DNA of 64,000 nucleotides, taken from positions 1 to 64,000 of the forward strand of contig JAFGJV010000027.1 of assembly GCA_016928955.1 (NCBI GenBank), read 5' to 3'. This document shows positions 36,001-46,537 of the stretch, in pieces (positions within the stretch are counted from its first letter, which is position 1; each line of letters begins with the position of its first letter). A program made the translations under genes and the position numbers. This stretch comes from Spirochaetales bacterium. Its GTDB lineage: Bacteria > Spirochaetota > Spirochaetia > Treponematales > UBA12059. Under the pieces are notes generated by a model. It was not told where the DNA came from, did not search any database, and saw only the letters and a program-made list of their open reading frames with translations.

Positions 36001-39000
36001 ATGGCCGTCAAACGGGATTTTGGGATTGGGGTCGACCGCCACAAGGCTGACGAACGGGGTCGATTGATCGCCTATATCAACCTGAAGCTGGCGTCCCTCG
36101 GACTGCCGGTGTATTCCAAGGAAGGTGTGGCCTTCCTGGACCTGGCCAGGGACATGCTGGCCAATTACCGAGAAAAATCCAGGCTGCTGGCCGGCTACCT
36201 TCCGCCGGCCGACGCCCGTATCCAGGCTTTCCTGGACGACTATCTGGCCGACCTCCCGCCGGCCGAGCGTCCCCGCCTGCCGGACCGCACCGTGGTCCTG
36301 GACCGCTACGGCATGGCCCGCGAACTGTCCCTGCCCCCGGACGCCCATGAATACAGCTCGCCCACGCTGGCCAGTTACCGGGTGCGGAACGGCATACTCC
36401 ACAACCCGGCCAATGACCGCCGCACCACGGAGGGCGTGTTCCATGTGGCCGACGGCGGCCTGCCCGTGCCCCCGGACAAGAAAGAAGTGCCAAGGCTGGC
36501 CTTTGCGCGCCTCTTGGCCGCCGCCCTGAACCCGCCGGACGAACTTTTGACCATACCCTTCACCGCCGGCGAGACAGAGCCGGCGCGGGCCATCCTGTCC
36601 CTGCTCCAGAGGCCCCTGGTCCGGCCCGGGGTGCCCGGCGTCCTTCCCGAACTCTATATGGAGACCCGCTTTTTTGCCCCGGGGACCCTGGCAGCCAACT
36701 GCGACTTTGCGGAGAGCATCTTTGGCAACTCAGGCGACCCCTACGTGGCCGAGAACGACGCTGCCCTGGATCCCCTGCACTGGACCGGGCACACCGGCTG
36801 CATCATCCTGGCCACGCACCTGGTGGGCATGCCCAAAAAGAACCTGGGCCTGCCCGCCTGGGCCGACGCCACAGAGCGCCAGCGCAAGGACGGCATGGCG
36901 TGGAAGGAGCCAGACGAGCCGTACAACGGCGGCAAGCCCTTCAAGATATGCGCGCGCGACGAGCGCGGCGTCATCGTCACCATTATCGCGGACAACTACT
37001 TTGGCTACACCAAGAAGGAAATCAAGACGCAGATTTCCTACTCGTCCAACCTGCTCGGCCTGTCCGAGGAGGAGCACTCGGGCGGGGCCCTGGTGACGCC
37101 AAGCTACAACCTGGGCACGCGCTTCCTGCCCGACACCAACCTGCACTCGCGCGGCCAGACCTTTGACGACGTGGTGCGCGTGCTCGGCAACCACATAGAG
37201 ATACGGCCGGAGGGCTACGCAATAGACCGAGTGTTCCCCAAGGTGATCTACCTGCCGGAGGACGCCATCATCAGCCTGGAGGACCAGAAGGCCCACTGGA
37301 CACAGGACGGCCTGGCCCAGGAACTGCGCGTCCTGCCCGACGAAGTATACGTCCACCCCACCGGCTACCGCGTCACCATGTACCAGCATCCCAAGACGGG
37401 TTCATGGCGCCTGGTCGGCACCGCGGCCGACGGTCTCCTCTGCCACAAACCGTGCACGGTGTCCGGCGGCGGCAAGTCGGAAATATCCAAGTCCATACGC
37501 GACGCCATGAGCGACGCTCCCATCGTGGTGGGCGACTTTGCTGCGGATATGGCTGCCGCCAGGGAACTCATCGAGAAATCCTACGGACAGCGCTTCAAGG
37601 ACCCGGCTGAGAACCACGGCGACGCCAGCCGCTCCATCCTGTCCGCCAAGCGCTCCCTGGGCTCGGTCATCAAGCTCCTGTCGCCGTCTCCCCTGTACAG
37701 CGACGAGTACAACGCCTGGCTCCTGTCCATACCCGAGCGCGTCAAAGCCCTGGTGTTCCTGGTCAAGCGCTTCTACCGGCCCGAGTGGGGCGACAATTGG
37801 GCGTCGCACTTTGACGCGGACGTGGTCAACGGCGCGCGCGGCAACGTGGTCAACTACGACGGCCGGCCGGTCATGGGTTCCTACCTGCGCGTTGGCTTCA
37901 CGCCGGACGGCGCGCGCTCCATGCACAAGCTCAGGCAGGACTTCATGCCGGCGGCCAAGGTACAGTGGGAAGACGACATCACGGCGTCCGTGGTGGTGCC
38001 AACGCGCGGCCTTACGGGCCTTCCCACCTGGTTTACCGCCAAGGGCGCAAAATTCGCCAAAAACTGCGAGGCCCGCTTCTTCCAGCGGCCGGACGACGCC
38101 GTCCACCGCGGTTACGACAAGCAGGCCGAGGAGGACATGGCCCGGCCGGACAACTTCATATCCAATTTCGAGCCCCTGAGCCGCTCCAAGGCCAGGGACA
38201 TGGCCGAGCACACGGTCCAGCTGACCGAGTACACCGAGCCCATGCGCCGCATGATAGAGGAGGCCGAGCGCGACGACGACTTCCGGTGGTTCGTGGTGTC
38301 GTCCATGCCCCGCCTGGTCAACGGCAAGCCGTCCAAGAACCCGCGCTACCTCCAGCCCGACCAGAGCTACGTGCGGCCCCTGGAACGCTACCTGGCCGAA
38401 GTGGGAGCCCGCTTGTACCGCGGCATAGCGGCGGACCAGCCCGTGCTCCAGCCCGTGGGAGCCGTCCTGCCCGGCAGGCGCAACAATCCCGCCGATCCGG
38501 AAGCCGGCATACGTCCCCTGGCCGTGTACGGTCCCATCCATTACCAGGAACTGCCCGAACTGTTCATGGACTTTGCCTGCTCCCTGACGGGCAAGAGCCC
38601 GTCCACCACGGGAGCCGGTTCCGAGGGCGCCCTGACCAAGGGACCCTTCAACGCCCTGTCGCCCACGGCCGACCTCAACGCGGCCCTCCTGGGCTTCATC
38701 CTGGGCGGCTACTCGGGCTACAGCACGGCCGCCGGGCACATAGGCCACACGTACCGTGTAGAGCACGACATATCGCTTCTGGTGCCTGAGCTGTGGTCGC
38801 GCATGGAGGCGGACGAGCGAGAGCCGGCCTACCTGATCAAGCACGGCTACCTGGAACGCGTGTCGGACTTTGAGCACGGCGGGTCAACCGTGCCCGCCAG
38901 CCGCCTGGGCTGGCGCATCACGCCGCTGTTCGTGTCGCACTTCCTGGGCCGCATCTTTGACGCGCCGTCCGCGGTGTTCCCTGAGGAAATGCTCAGGCCG

Positions 39001-39483
39001 GAACTGCAGAGCCTAGACCACTTCGCGGACGGCGTTCGCAACATTGCGGATGCCCAGCAGAAGGTGGCGCGCGACTATTTCGAGTCGGGCGCCATAGAAC
39101 ACGCCATACCGCCCCTGGCCGCCATCCTGTCCGTCATGGCCTACGGCAGCTGGGAAGGCAAGGGCCTGGACCATCCGGAGCTCAGAAGGCTGTTCGACCG
39201 CGACTACGTGTCGGCGTCCGACTGGTACCGCGAGCGACTTGAACGCGCCGCGTTCGTGGAGCGCAAGCGCCTGGAGGATGGCGTCGCCAGCCTGGAGTCC
39301 TTCCTGGCCAAGACGGCCGGACGGGAACCCGGCATGGTGGCCGCGGCGCGCCGCGAGCTTGCCGGCGTGAAAGAGCGCCTGGCCTTGTGCTCGGCCCCGG
39401 GCTACGCGGAAACCCTGCGCTGCACCATAGGCGCCGACACGCAGTTTGCTCCAAGGCCAGCGCGGAAAGGTGCAACGTCATGA
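36001..39483 (+). CDS. Pyrophosphate-dependent PEP carboxykinase (PPi-PEPCK)
   Basis: ~1160 aa; NYFGYTKKEIKTQISY, CHKPCTVSGGGKSEISK, KSPSTTGAGSEGALTK. Confidence 0.85.
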   Translation: MAVKRDFGIGVDRHKADERGRLIAYINLKLASLGLPVYSKEGVAFLDLARDMLANYREKSRLLAGYLPPADARIQAFLDDYLADLPPAERPRLPDRTVVLDRYGMARELSLPPDAHEYSSPTLASYRVRNGILHNPANDRRTTEGVFHVADGGLPVPPDKKEVPRLAFARLLAAALNPPDELLTIPFTAGETEPARAILSLLQRPLVRPGVPGVLPELYMETRFFAPGTLAANCDFAESIFGNSGDPYVAENDAALDPLHWTGHTGCIILATHLVGMPKKNLGLPAWADATERQRKDGMAWKEPDEPYNGGKPFKICARDERGVIVTIIADNYFGYTKKEIKTQISYSSNLLGLSEEEHSGGALVTPSYNLGTRFLPDTNLHSRGQTFDDVVRVLGNHIEIRPEGYAIDRVFPKVIYLPEDAIISLEDQKAHWTQDGLAQELRVLPDEVYVHPTGYRVTMYQHPKTGSWRLVGTAADGLLCHKPCTVSGGGKSEISKSIRDAMSDAPIVVGDFAADMAAARELIEKSYGQRFKDPAENHGDASRSILSAKRSLGSVIKLLSPSPLYSDEYNAWLLSIPERVKALVFLVKRFYRPEWGDNWASHFDADVVNGARGNVVNYDGRPVMGSYLRVGFTPDGARSMHKLRQDFMPAAKVQWEDDITASVVVPTRGLTGLPTWFTAKGAKFAKNCEARFFQRPDDAVHRGYDKQAEEDMARPDNFISNFEPLSRSKARDMAEHTVQLTEYTEPMRRMIEEAERDDDFRWFVVSSMPRLVNGKPSKNPRYLQPDQSYVRPLERYLAEVGARLYRGIAADQPVLQPVGAVLPGRRNNPADPEAGIRPLAVYGPIHYQELPELFMDFACSLTGKSPSTTGAGSEGALTKGPFNALSPTADLNAALLGFILGGYSGYSTAAGHIGHTYRVEHDISLLVPELWSRMEADEREPAYLIKHGYLERVSDFEHGGSTVPASRLGWRITPLFVSHFLGRIFDAPSAVFPEEMLRPELQSLDHFADGVRNIADAQQKVARDYFESGAIEHAIPPLAAILSVMAYGSWEGKGLDHPELRRLFDRDYVSASDWYRERLERAAFVERKRLEDGVASLESFLAKTAGREPGMVAAARRELAGVKERLALCSAPGYAETLRCTIGADTQFAPRPARKGATS

Positions 39484-40730
39484 AAGCGACGCTCGTCGTC
39501 AGGAACATAGGCCAACTGGCCACGCCGCTGGGGTCCCGGGCGGTCAGGGGCAAAAAAATGGACCACGTGTCGGTCACGCAGAACGCGGCCGTGGCCGTGA
39601 ACGTGGACACCATCGTGTGGGCCGGCCCCGAAACCGGCCTGCCGGCCTTTGACGGCCCCCAGCCGGAGATCCTGGACGCCAGGGGCCGGGCCGTGGTGCC
39701 CGGCTTTGTCGATTCCCACACCCACGTGGTGTTTGCCGGCTTTCGCGACGAGGAGTTCCTCTGGCGCGCTTCCGGCGTGCCCTACATGGAGATCCACAAG
39801 CGCGGCGGCGGCATAGCCACCAGCGTGCGCGCAACCAGGCAGGCCGGCACGGCGGAGCTCATGAGCCAGGCCAGCCCCCGGCTGGAGCGCATGCTTGAGC
39901 TGGGCGTTACCACGGTTGAGGGCAAGTCCGGCTACGGCCTTGACCTGGACACCGAGCTTAGGCAGCTGGACGCCATGAAGCGCCTGGACGTGCTCCAGCC
40001 GGTGGACATCGTCCCCACCTACATGGGCGCACACTCGGTGCCCGAAGAGTGGAAGGGCCAGCCTTCCGCCTACGTGGACTGGATGATACAAAACGCCCTG
40101 CCGGCGGTACGGGACCAGGGCGTGGCCCGCTTTTGCGACGTGTTCTGCGAGCGGGGCGTGTTCGAGCTGGACGATTCCCGACGCTACCTGGAGGCTGCCC
40201 GGGCGGCCGGTTTCGGGCTCAAGCTGCACGCCGACGAGATCGTGCGGCTCGGAGGAGCCGGCCTGGCCGCCGAGCTTGGAGCGACCAGCGCCGACCACCT
40301 CCTGAAGGCCGATCCCGCCGACCTGGGCAGGATGGCCGAGGCCGGCGTTGTGGCCACCTGCCTGCCCCTGACCGCCTTTGTGCTCAGGGAGCCGTACGCG
40401 GACGCCCGCGCCATGATGGAGGCGGGTTGCGCCGTGGCCCTGGCCAGCGACCTCAATCCCGGTTCGTGCTACAGCCAGTCCATACCCCTGGTCATAGCCC
40501 TGGCCGTTCTGTACATGGGCATGTCCCTGGAGGCCGCGCTGACCGCGCTGACCCTGAATGGGGCCGCCGCGTTGGGACTGTCGGCCGACCGGGGCTCAAT
40601 AGAAGCGGGCAAGCTGGCGGATTTCCTGATCCTGGACGCGCCGTCGTACCGGCACCTGGCCTACCACACGGCCATGAACATCGTGGACACGGTGGTCAAG
40701 CGCGGTAAAATAGTCTGCGTTCGATCCTGA
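39480..40730 (+). CDS. hutI: Imidazolonepropionase
   Basis: DSHTH, KSGYGL, DVFCE, SDLNPGS; ATGA overlap with the upstream gene. Confidence 0.95.
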   Translation: MKATLVVRNIGQLATPLGSRAVRGKKMDHVSVTQNAAVAVNVDTIVWAGPETGLPAFDGPQPEILDARGRAVVPGFVDSHTHVVFAGFRDEEFLWRASGVPYMEIHKRGGGIATSVRATRQAGTAELMSQASPRLERMLELGVTTVEGKSGYGLDLDTELRQLDAMKRLDVLQPVDIVPTYMGAHSVPEEWKGQPSAYVDWMIQNALPAVRDQGVARFCDVFCERGVFELDDSRRYLEAARAAGFGLKLHADEIVRLGGAGLAAELGATSADHLLKADPADLGRMAEAGVVATCLPLTAFVLREPYADARAMMEAGCAVALASDLNPGSCYSQSIPLVIALAVLYMGMSLEAALTALTLNGAAALGLSADRGSIEAGKLADFLILDAPSYRHLAYHTAMNIVDTVVKRGKIVCVRS

Positions 40731-40801
40731 AACCGTTAGCGCGTTTGGGGCTCGATGGGCGGCCAGGGGCCGTTCCACCGGCCTGATAAGGGAGGCGCGG
40801 C

Positions 40802-40960
40802 ATGAGCTTCCGGCCACCCATGTTTGCGGCCGCCGTCGCGCTGTGCGCCATCGTGGTTTCGTGCGCGTCCTATGATCCGCGCGCCGACTACCTGGGCGTA
40901 CTCCGAGACGGCAGCGTTTACGTCACCCACGACCCGGCATACTTCTGGAGCGCGTCCTAA
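40802..40960 (+). CDS. Small putative lipoprotein, 52 aa (not in ORF track)
   Basis: GGGAGG RBS; MSFRPPMFAAAVALCAIVVSC-ASYDPRADYLGVLRDGSVYVTHDPAYFWSAS. Confidence 0.5.
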   Translation: MSFRPPMFAAAVALCAIVVSCASYDPRADYLGVLRDGSVYVTHDPAYFWSAS

Positions 40961-40973
40961 AACCCCGGGAGCC

Positions 40974-41002
40974 AAAAACGGCCGGCCCCTCCGGGCCGGC
41001 CG
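40974..41002 (-). terminator. Terminator after S8 protease
   Basis: CGGCCGGCCC/GGGCCGGCCG stem with T-run on the minus strand. Confidence 0.65.
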
Positions 41003-41030
41003 CGTGATTCCTAAATTATTTTCCCGTCGC

Positions 41031-42944
41031 TCAGTACACGCTGAACGCGGTCGTGGCCGTGCTTCCTGTAAAGCCGGTCATGCTGGTGGTAGCCCTGACC
41101 GAGTACGTGCCCACGGGGGTGTAGTAGCTGGTGCTCAGCGTCCAGGTGACCACGCCGCTCGAGTTGGTTGTCTTGGTGGTGCTCATGGTGGTGCCGTTGG
41201 GCTTGGTCAGCGTGATGTTGACCGTGGCGCCGTACAGCAGGGCGTTGGTGTCGGTGCGGCGTACCGTCGCGGTGATGTACACGTAGGATCCGCGGGAGTA
41301 GGACGTCCGGTTGGTGGTAACCACGGTGCTGGTGCCCACGGTGCCGGTGGCCTGGATCTTGAAGCTGGTGCTGGCGGTGGAACCGTCGTAGCCGCTCATG
41401 GTTGTGGACGCTGTCAGGCCGTAGGTGCCCACCGCCGTGCTCGTGGTGGTGGTATAGGTCAGCGTGGCCACGCCGGATGTGTTGGTGGTTGCGCTGCCTG
41501 AGGCCGTGCTGCCCGAGGGCGTGGTCAGGGTGACCGCTACCGTGGCGCCGGACAGGGCGTAGCCGTCCTGGTCCTTGACCGTGGCCGTGATGGTCACTAC
41601 CTCGCCGGGCGCGTAGATGGCCTTGTTGGTGTTGAGCGTGGTGGTGGTGTAGTAGTCATCGGGCGGGGGCTCGGTGCCGCCGCCAAGGGCCGCCTGGACG
41701 GCTGCGTACGCGTTGACAATGCCGGAACCGTAATACGTGGCGCTGCCCGCGTAGGTGGCGGTGTCCATGAGTATGCTGGTCACCTCGGCCACGCTGATGG
41801 ACGGGTTGGCCGAGCGTATCAGGCCCACGACGCCTGCCACGTGCGGGGTGGCCATGGACGTGCCGGACATGGTGGTGTACGAGTCGCCGGGCTTGCAGCT
41901 GTAGATGTTGGAACCGGGCGCCATGACGTCAAGGCCGGTGCCGTAGTTGGAGTAGTAGGCCCTGGCTCCGGTGGAGTCCACCGCGCCGACCGCGATGACG
42001 CCCGGGTAGGCCGCGGGGTAGGAAATGGTGCTGGCGTTGTCGTTGCCGGACGCAGCCACCACCACGGTGCCCTCGGATACCGCGAAGGAGCACGCGTCGG
42101 CCATGGCGCTGTTGTAGCCGCCGCCGCCGAGGGACATGTTGATCACGTCAGCGCCGATTTCCGCGGCGTAGATGATGGCCGCGGTGATGTCGTCGGTTGA
42201 GCCGGAACCTTCGTCGGTCAGTACCTTGACTGGGACCAGCTTGCCTATCTGCATGACGCCGGAAACCACACCGTAGCTGGCTATGGTGCCCGCCACGTGG
42301 GTGCCGTGGCCATGGCCGTCCATGAAGGTGGTGCCGGTGTAGCTCTTGCCCAGGCCGGTGTCCACATAGTTCTGCAGGGCGTCATGGGTGTAGTCGATGC
42401 CGGTATCCAGCACGGCCACGATGGTGGATGACGAGCCGCCTTCCACGGTCCAGGCCTCGGGGGCATGGATCATCTCGTAGTGCCATTCCTGGCTGGGGTG
42501 CATGGTGGTGGCGTACAGGGTATCGTTGGGCTCCACGTAGCGCACCGCGAGTCCTTCGGCTTCCAGCACGGCCTTCAAGGCCCGTACGGCCTCGGCCTGG
42601 TCCGGGAAGTCCTTCTTGGAATACTCGTAGGTGTACACGTGTCCCATTCTGGCGACGACGCGGGCGGTGAAATCAGGATCCGCAGACACTGCCGAGCGGC
42701 TGAGCGCGCCGTCGGTCAGGGCGTTAACGATCCTGAACTGGCCGCCAGACTCCGTTGAGCGGGCACGGGCGGTGACAGAGGCTTCCGGCGCCTCGGCTAT
42801 GTCGTTCTCGAGGGACACGATCAGCTGGCCAGCGTCAGCGGCGGGTACGCCGGAGACAGGGGCATTGGCGACGGTTCCGAAGGGGTCGCCGCATCCGGCC
42901 AGAAGCACGGCCAGACAGGCAACACACATGAACAAACGTTTCAT
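41031..42944 (-). CDS. S8 subtilisin-like serine protease, lipoprotein, with two C-terminal Thr-rich Ig-like repeats
   Basis: Lipobox LAGC; VLDTG, HGTHVAG, GTSMATPHVAG; repeated TN..Y..G..V.ITATV. Confidence 0.93.
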   Translation of the reverse strand: MKRLFMCVACLAVLLAGCGDPFGTVANAPVSGVPAADAGQLIVSLENDIAEAPEASVTARARSTESGGQFRIVNALTDGALSRSAVSADPDFTARVVARMGHVYTYEYSKKDFPDQAEAVRALKAVLEAEGLAVRYVEPNDTLYATTMHPSQEWHYEMIHAPEAWTVEGGSSSTIVAVLDTGIDYTHDALQNYVDTGLGKSYTGTTFMDGHGHGTHVAGTIASYGVVSGVMQIGKLVPVKVLTDEGSGSTDDITAAIIYAAEIGADVINMSLGGGGYNSAMADACSFAVSEGTVVVAASGNDNASTISYPAAYPGVIAVGAVDSTGARAYYSNYGTGLDVMAPGSNIYSCKPGDSYTTMSGTSMATPHVAGVVGLIRSANPSISVAEVTSILMDTATYAGSATYYGSGIVNAYAAVQAALGGGTEPPPDDYYTTTTLNTNKAIYAPGEVVTITATVKDQDGYALSGATVAVTLTTPSGSTASGSATTNTSGVATLTYTTTTSTAVGTYGLTASTTMSGYDGSTASTSFKIQATGTVGTSTVVTTNRTSYSRGSYVYITATVRRTDTNALLYGATVNITLTKPNGTTMSTTKTTNSSGVVTWTLSTSYYTPVGTYSVRATTSMTGFTGSTATTAFSVY

Positions 42945-43114
42945 GAGAACTCCTAACTTTGTCAAAGAATCTGCCGCCGGCGGGCCCGCGCTGTCGGACA
43001 AGGGGCATCGTCAACCCAAATTAGTAACATGTCAAGTTATTTTTGAATCGCTATTCTTCTAGAAAAATTCGGAGATGACGATTTTGTTCGCCGGTCGCCG
43101 CCAGGAGAGCCCAT

Positions 43115-43144
43115 AAAAAAACGTCCGGCCGCAGTGGCCGGACG
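43115..43144 (-). terminator. Terminator ending the BMC operon
   Basis: CGTCCGGCC/GGCCGGACG stem plus T7 on the minus strand. Confidence 0.75.
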
Positions 43145-43174
43145 CATGCAAGCGGAACCACAAACCCGCGTTTT

Positions 43175-43966
43175 TCAGTACGCCGAACTGCCCGCCTGGC
43201 CGCTCACAATGGCCACTCCCGAGCTGGTGCCCAGTCGGTTGGCCCCCGCGCGTATCATGGCAACGGCGTCCTCAAAACTGCGTACGCCTCCGGAAGCCTT
43301 GACGCCCATGTTCGGCCCCACGGTCCTTCTCATCAGGGTGATATCGGCAACGGTCGCCCCGCCCTTGGAAAAGCCGGTGGATGTTTTCACAAAATCCGCG
43401 CCTATGTCCTTGGCCAGCTGGCAGGAAAGCACCTTCTCCTCCTCGGACAAAAGGCAGGTTTCCAGGATCACCTTGAGCACAACGCCGGGCCTGCACGCGC
43501 GTCGCACGGCCAGCATGTCCTCCCGCACGGCCTTGATGTTCTTGGCCTTCATGGCGCCTATGTTCATCACCATGTCTATCTCGTTGGCGCCGTTGGCTAT
43601 GGCGTTGCGCGCCTCCAGGCCCTTGGTCCGGCTATCCATGGCTCCCAGCGGGAAACCGACCACGGCGCACACCTTGACGCCGCTGCCGCCCAGGCGCCTC
43701 GCGCAGTGTTCCACCCATTGAGAATTGACGCACACGGAATAGAAGTGGTGCTTGGCCGCCTCGTCGCACAGGGTATCTATCTGCTCCACGGTGGCCTCGG
43801 GCTTGAGGAGGGTGTGGTCTATGTATTTGGGCAGGTCGGACGGGAGTATGGCGTCTGCCGACGACTGCTGGGCCACTGACGCGTTGGGTGCGGCGGCCGG
43901 AGCCTGGGTCGTCATCCGGCTCATCACTTCCTCTACGATTTTCTGTATGATCTGGTTCTGGTCCAT
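43175..43966 (-). CDS. deoC: Deoxyribose-phosphate aldolase with N-terminal encapsulation peptide
   Basis: [22 protein letters not shown]-terminal [13 protein letters not shown] plus Ala/Pro linker. Confidence 0.95.
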   Translation of the reverse strand: MDQNQIIQKIVEEVMSRMTTQAPAAAPNASVAQQSSADAILPSDLPKYIDHTLLKPEATVEQIDTLCDEAAKHHFYSVCVNSQWVEHCARRLGGSGVKVCAVVGFPLGAMDSRTKGLEARNAIANGANEIDMVMNIGAMKAKNIKAVREDMLAVRRACRPGVVLKVILETCLLSEEEKVLSCQLAKDIGADFVKTSTGFSKGGATVADITLMRRTVGPNMGVKASGGVRSFEDAVAMIRAGANRLGTSSGVAIVSGQAGSSAY

Positions 43967-44457
43967 CAGTCGCTCGCGCCTCCACGCTCCAAAGCCATTA
44001 TCTTGTTGATGCGGACGATGTGCCTGCCGCCCTCAAAGCGGGTGGCCAGCCACACGCGCGCCAGCTCGGCCAGCACGTCCGGACTGTGTAGGGGGCCGCC
44101 CAGGGTCAGCACGTTGGCGTTGTTGTGCTCCCGGCTGTTGACCACGGTCTTGAGGTCGTAGCACAGGGCCGCCCTGATGCCGCGCATCTTGTTGGCCGCC
44201 ATGCACGAGCCTATTCCCGCGCCGTCCAGGATGATGCCGCGCTCGCAGTCGCCGCTCTTCACCTTGCGGCACACGGCCGCCGCTATGTCCGGGTAATCCA
44301 CCTTGTCCGTGCCAAAGGTGCCCACGTCAACCACGCGGTAGCCCAGGATCTCTAGATACCTGGCCAACATGTCCTTCTGCCCAACGGCGCCATGGTCGGC
44401 GCCTATGGCCACGCTCCGAACCGTGTCCTCGGGCGCGCCCGCGGCCGTGTCGCTCAT
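43966..44457 (-). CDS. rpiB: Ribose-5-phosphate isomerase B family
   Basis: [25 protein letters not shown]. Confidence 0.92.
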   Translation of the reverse strand: MSDTAAGAPEDTVRSVAIGADHGAVGQKDMLARYLEILGYRVVDVGTFGTDKVDYPDIAAAVCRKVKSGDCERGIILDGAGIGSCMAANKMRGIRAALCYDLKTVVNSREHNNANVLTLGGPLHSPDVLAELARVWLATRFEGGRHIVRINKIMALERGGASD

Positions 44458-44735
44458 TCCTTCACCTCGATGTCTATGCGGTCTATGATGCCGCAGATGG
44501 CGGTGCGCACGGTCACGGCGCCTTCGTCGCCGATCACGGCGCGCGCGGAGCCGCCTTCGTCCACCACCAGCACCAGGTCGCCTACGCCGGCCTGGACCCC
44601 GTCCACGGCCAGCACGGGCTTGCCCCTGGGCGAGCCGGCGGCGTCCACGGGCTGGACCATGAGGAGTTTGCGACCCAGGTAGTGCGGATGCTTCTCCGTT
44701 GCCACCACGCTGGCCGTCACGCGTCCGGCCGTCAT
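44454..44735 (-). CDS. BMC-P pentamer (EutN/CcmL)
   Basis: LAVDGVQAGVGDLVL, ICGIID. Confidence 0.9.
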   Translation of the reverse strand: MTAGRVTASVVATEKHPHYLGRKLLMVQPVDAAGSPRGKPVLAVDGVQAGVGDLVLVVDEGGSARAVIGDEGAVTVRTAICGIIDRIDIEVKE

Positions 44736-45010
44736 TCCCGGCCTCCCGCGTTCACCGCGTCAACCACGCCCAGGATGGCGGCGTCACCGGGGTTGAACCA
44801 GCCGTTTGGATTGGCCTGCGCCGCTTCCTTGCCCGACTCGTATATCACCGTGTCGCCTTCCCCTGCCCGGGCCGTATCCCAGGCAACCAGAGCGGGGCCA
44901 CAGTCCTTGCCCGCCTCGTCCACCGGCTGGACAAGCAAAAGCTTGAGTCCGTCAAAGCAGGCCAGTTTGTGCGTGCTGACCACGCGGCCTATCACCTTGC
45001 CCAGTTTCAT
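44732..45010 (-). CDS. BMC-P pentamer (EutN/CcmL)
   Basis: MKLGKVIGRVVST, DAAILGVVD. Confidence 0.9.
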   Translation of the reverse strand: MKLGKVIGRVVSTHKLACFDGLKLLLVQPVDEAGKDCGPALVAWDTARAGEGDTVIYESGKEAAQANPNGWFNPGDAAILGVVDAVNAGGRE

Positions 45011-45020
45011 GCCGCCGCCC

Positions 45021-46526
45021 TCACACGATCCGGAACGCGTCCACTAGGGTACAACGGCGCTCGCGCGTAAACGTGCGCGGACGCGTGATGCCGTCACCGG
45101 TGGGGCTGGCTATGGTGAAGGACGTGTGCCCGGCGCCGCCGTAGCCCAGGCCCGCCACGCAGGGTCCGTTCTTGACGAACAGCGAGCAGTCCATGGCTCT
45201 GGCCATGCGCGACAATTTCTCAACGTCGTGGGAGTGCATCATGGCCGTGTGGCGGTAGCCGTGCTCGACAACCACCGCAAAGTCTATGGCCTCGTCCACG
45301 TTCTTCATGCGGACCAAGGGCAGGACGGGCATCAGCTGCTCGGTCCACACCAGGGGATGGTCCCTGCCAACTTCCATAAGGAGTATTTTGGCGCCGTCCG
45401 GCACCTGCACGCCCGCGGCCCTGGCTATATCGGCGGGCGCCTTGCCCACCCAGGCCTTGTTGGGCGCCCCGTCCTTGCCCGGTCCGCCCGGCTCGGCTAT
45501 GACCAGCCGGGTCACGGCGTCAATCTGGGCGCCCGTGAGCTCGAAGGCGCCATTTTTCTTCATTTCATCCTTGAGCCGGTCGGCTATGCTTTCCACGGCC
45601 AGGACTTCCTTCTCGCATATGCACACAATGCCATGGTCAAAGCCGGCGCCGGCAACAATGTCCCTGCCGGCCTTCACGAGGTCGGCCGTCTGGTCGACCA
45701 CGCAGGGCGGATTGCCCGGACCTGCGCATATGGACTTGCGCCCGCTGCCCATGGCAGCCCTGACCACGGCCGGGCCGCCGGTGACCACCAGGAGCTGTAT
45801 GCCGGGATGCTTCATCAGTTGGCCGGCCGTTTCCAGCGTGGGCTCGGCCACGGCGCACAGGAGGTCGCGCGGGCCACCCTCTGCCATGATGGCCTCGTTG
45901 AGCATGCCGATCAGCCGGTTGGATATGCCCTTGGCGTTGGGATGCACGTTGAACACCACAGTGTTGCCCGCGGCTATCATGCCTATGGCGTTGGACACGA
46001 TGGTTGCTATGGGATTGGTCATGGGCGTTATGGTGCCTATGACGCCCCAGGGCGCAAGCTCTGTGAGCGTGAGCCCGTGCTCGTCCGTGCGCACCCAGGG
46101 TTCCACGTCCTCCACGCCCGGCGTCTTTTCAGCCGCCAGCGTGTTTTTGGCCATTTTGTCCGTCACGTTCCCCAGGCCCGTCTCGGCCACGGCCTGGGTG
46201 GACAGGTCGCGGTTGTTCCACGCTATGACGCGGCGCATGGCGTCCAGGCAGGCCTTGCGCTTGCCAAGGGGCAGGGCCACAAGCTCGCGCTGGGCCACCG
46301 CCGCCGCCGCCACGGCCGCGTCAACGCTCCCGTATATGCCGGGCCGCGAGCCGGCCGGGGCGGCCTGAACCGCGGGAGCCAGCGCAGGGGCTGGCTGGGC
46401 CGGGGCGGCCTGCGTCTGGGCGGCCGGAGCCGCCTCTGATCCGGACTGCGCCAACAGCGCACGGATATCCGGACTCTGGAGAACCTGCTCGGCTATCTTT
46501 CGTATCTCGTCAGCCAAATCAGCCAT
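45021..46526 (-). CDS. CoA-acylating aldehyde dehydrogenase (EutE/PduP-like) with encapsulation peptide
   Basis: PWGVIG..TP.TNP, TGGPAVV, GPGNPP, CICEKE, RERRC. Confidence 0.92.
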   Translation of the reverse strand: MADLADEIRKIAEQVLQSPDIRALLAQSGSEAAPAAQTQAAPAQPAPALAPAVQAAPAGSRPGIYGSVDAAVAAAAVAQRELVALPLGKRKACLDAMRRVIAWNNRDLSTQAVAETGLGNVTDKMAKNTLAAEKTPGVEDVEPWVRTDEHGLTLTELAPWGVIGTITPMTNPIATIVSNAIGMIAAGNTVVFNVHPNAKGISNRLIGMLNEAIMAEGGPRDLLCAVAEPTLETAGQLMKHPGIQLLVVTGGPAVVRAAMGSGRKSICAGPGNPPCVVDQTADLVKAGRDIVAGAGFDHGIVCICEKEVLAVESIADRLKDEMKKNGAFELTGAQIDAVTRLVIAEPGGPGKDGAPNKAWVGKAPADIARAAGVQVPDGAKILLMEVGRDHPLVWTEQLMPVLPLVRMKNVDEAIDFAVVVEHGYRHTAMMHSHDVEKLSRMARAMDCSLFVKNGPCVAGLGYGGAGHTSFTIASPTGDGITRPRTFTRERRCTLVDAFRIV

Positions 46527-46537
46527 GCTTGCTCCCG

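Noticed and set aside
41040..41650. Repetitive GGT/GTG-rich DNA
   Set aside because: Explained by the Thr-rich Ig-like repeats of the S8 protease
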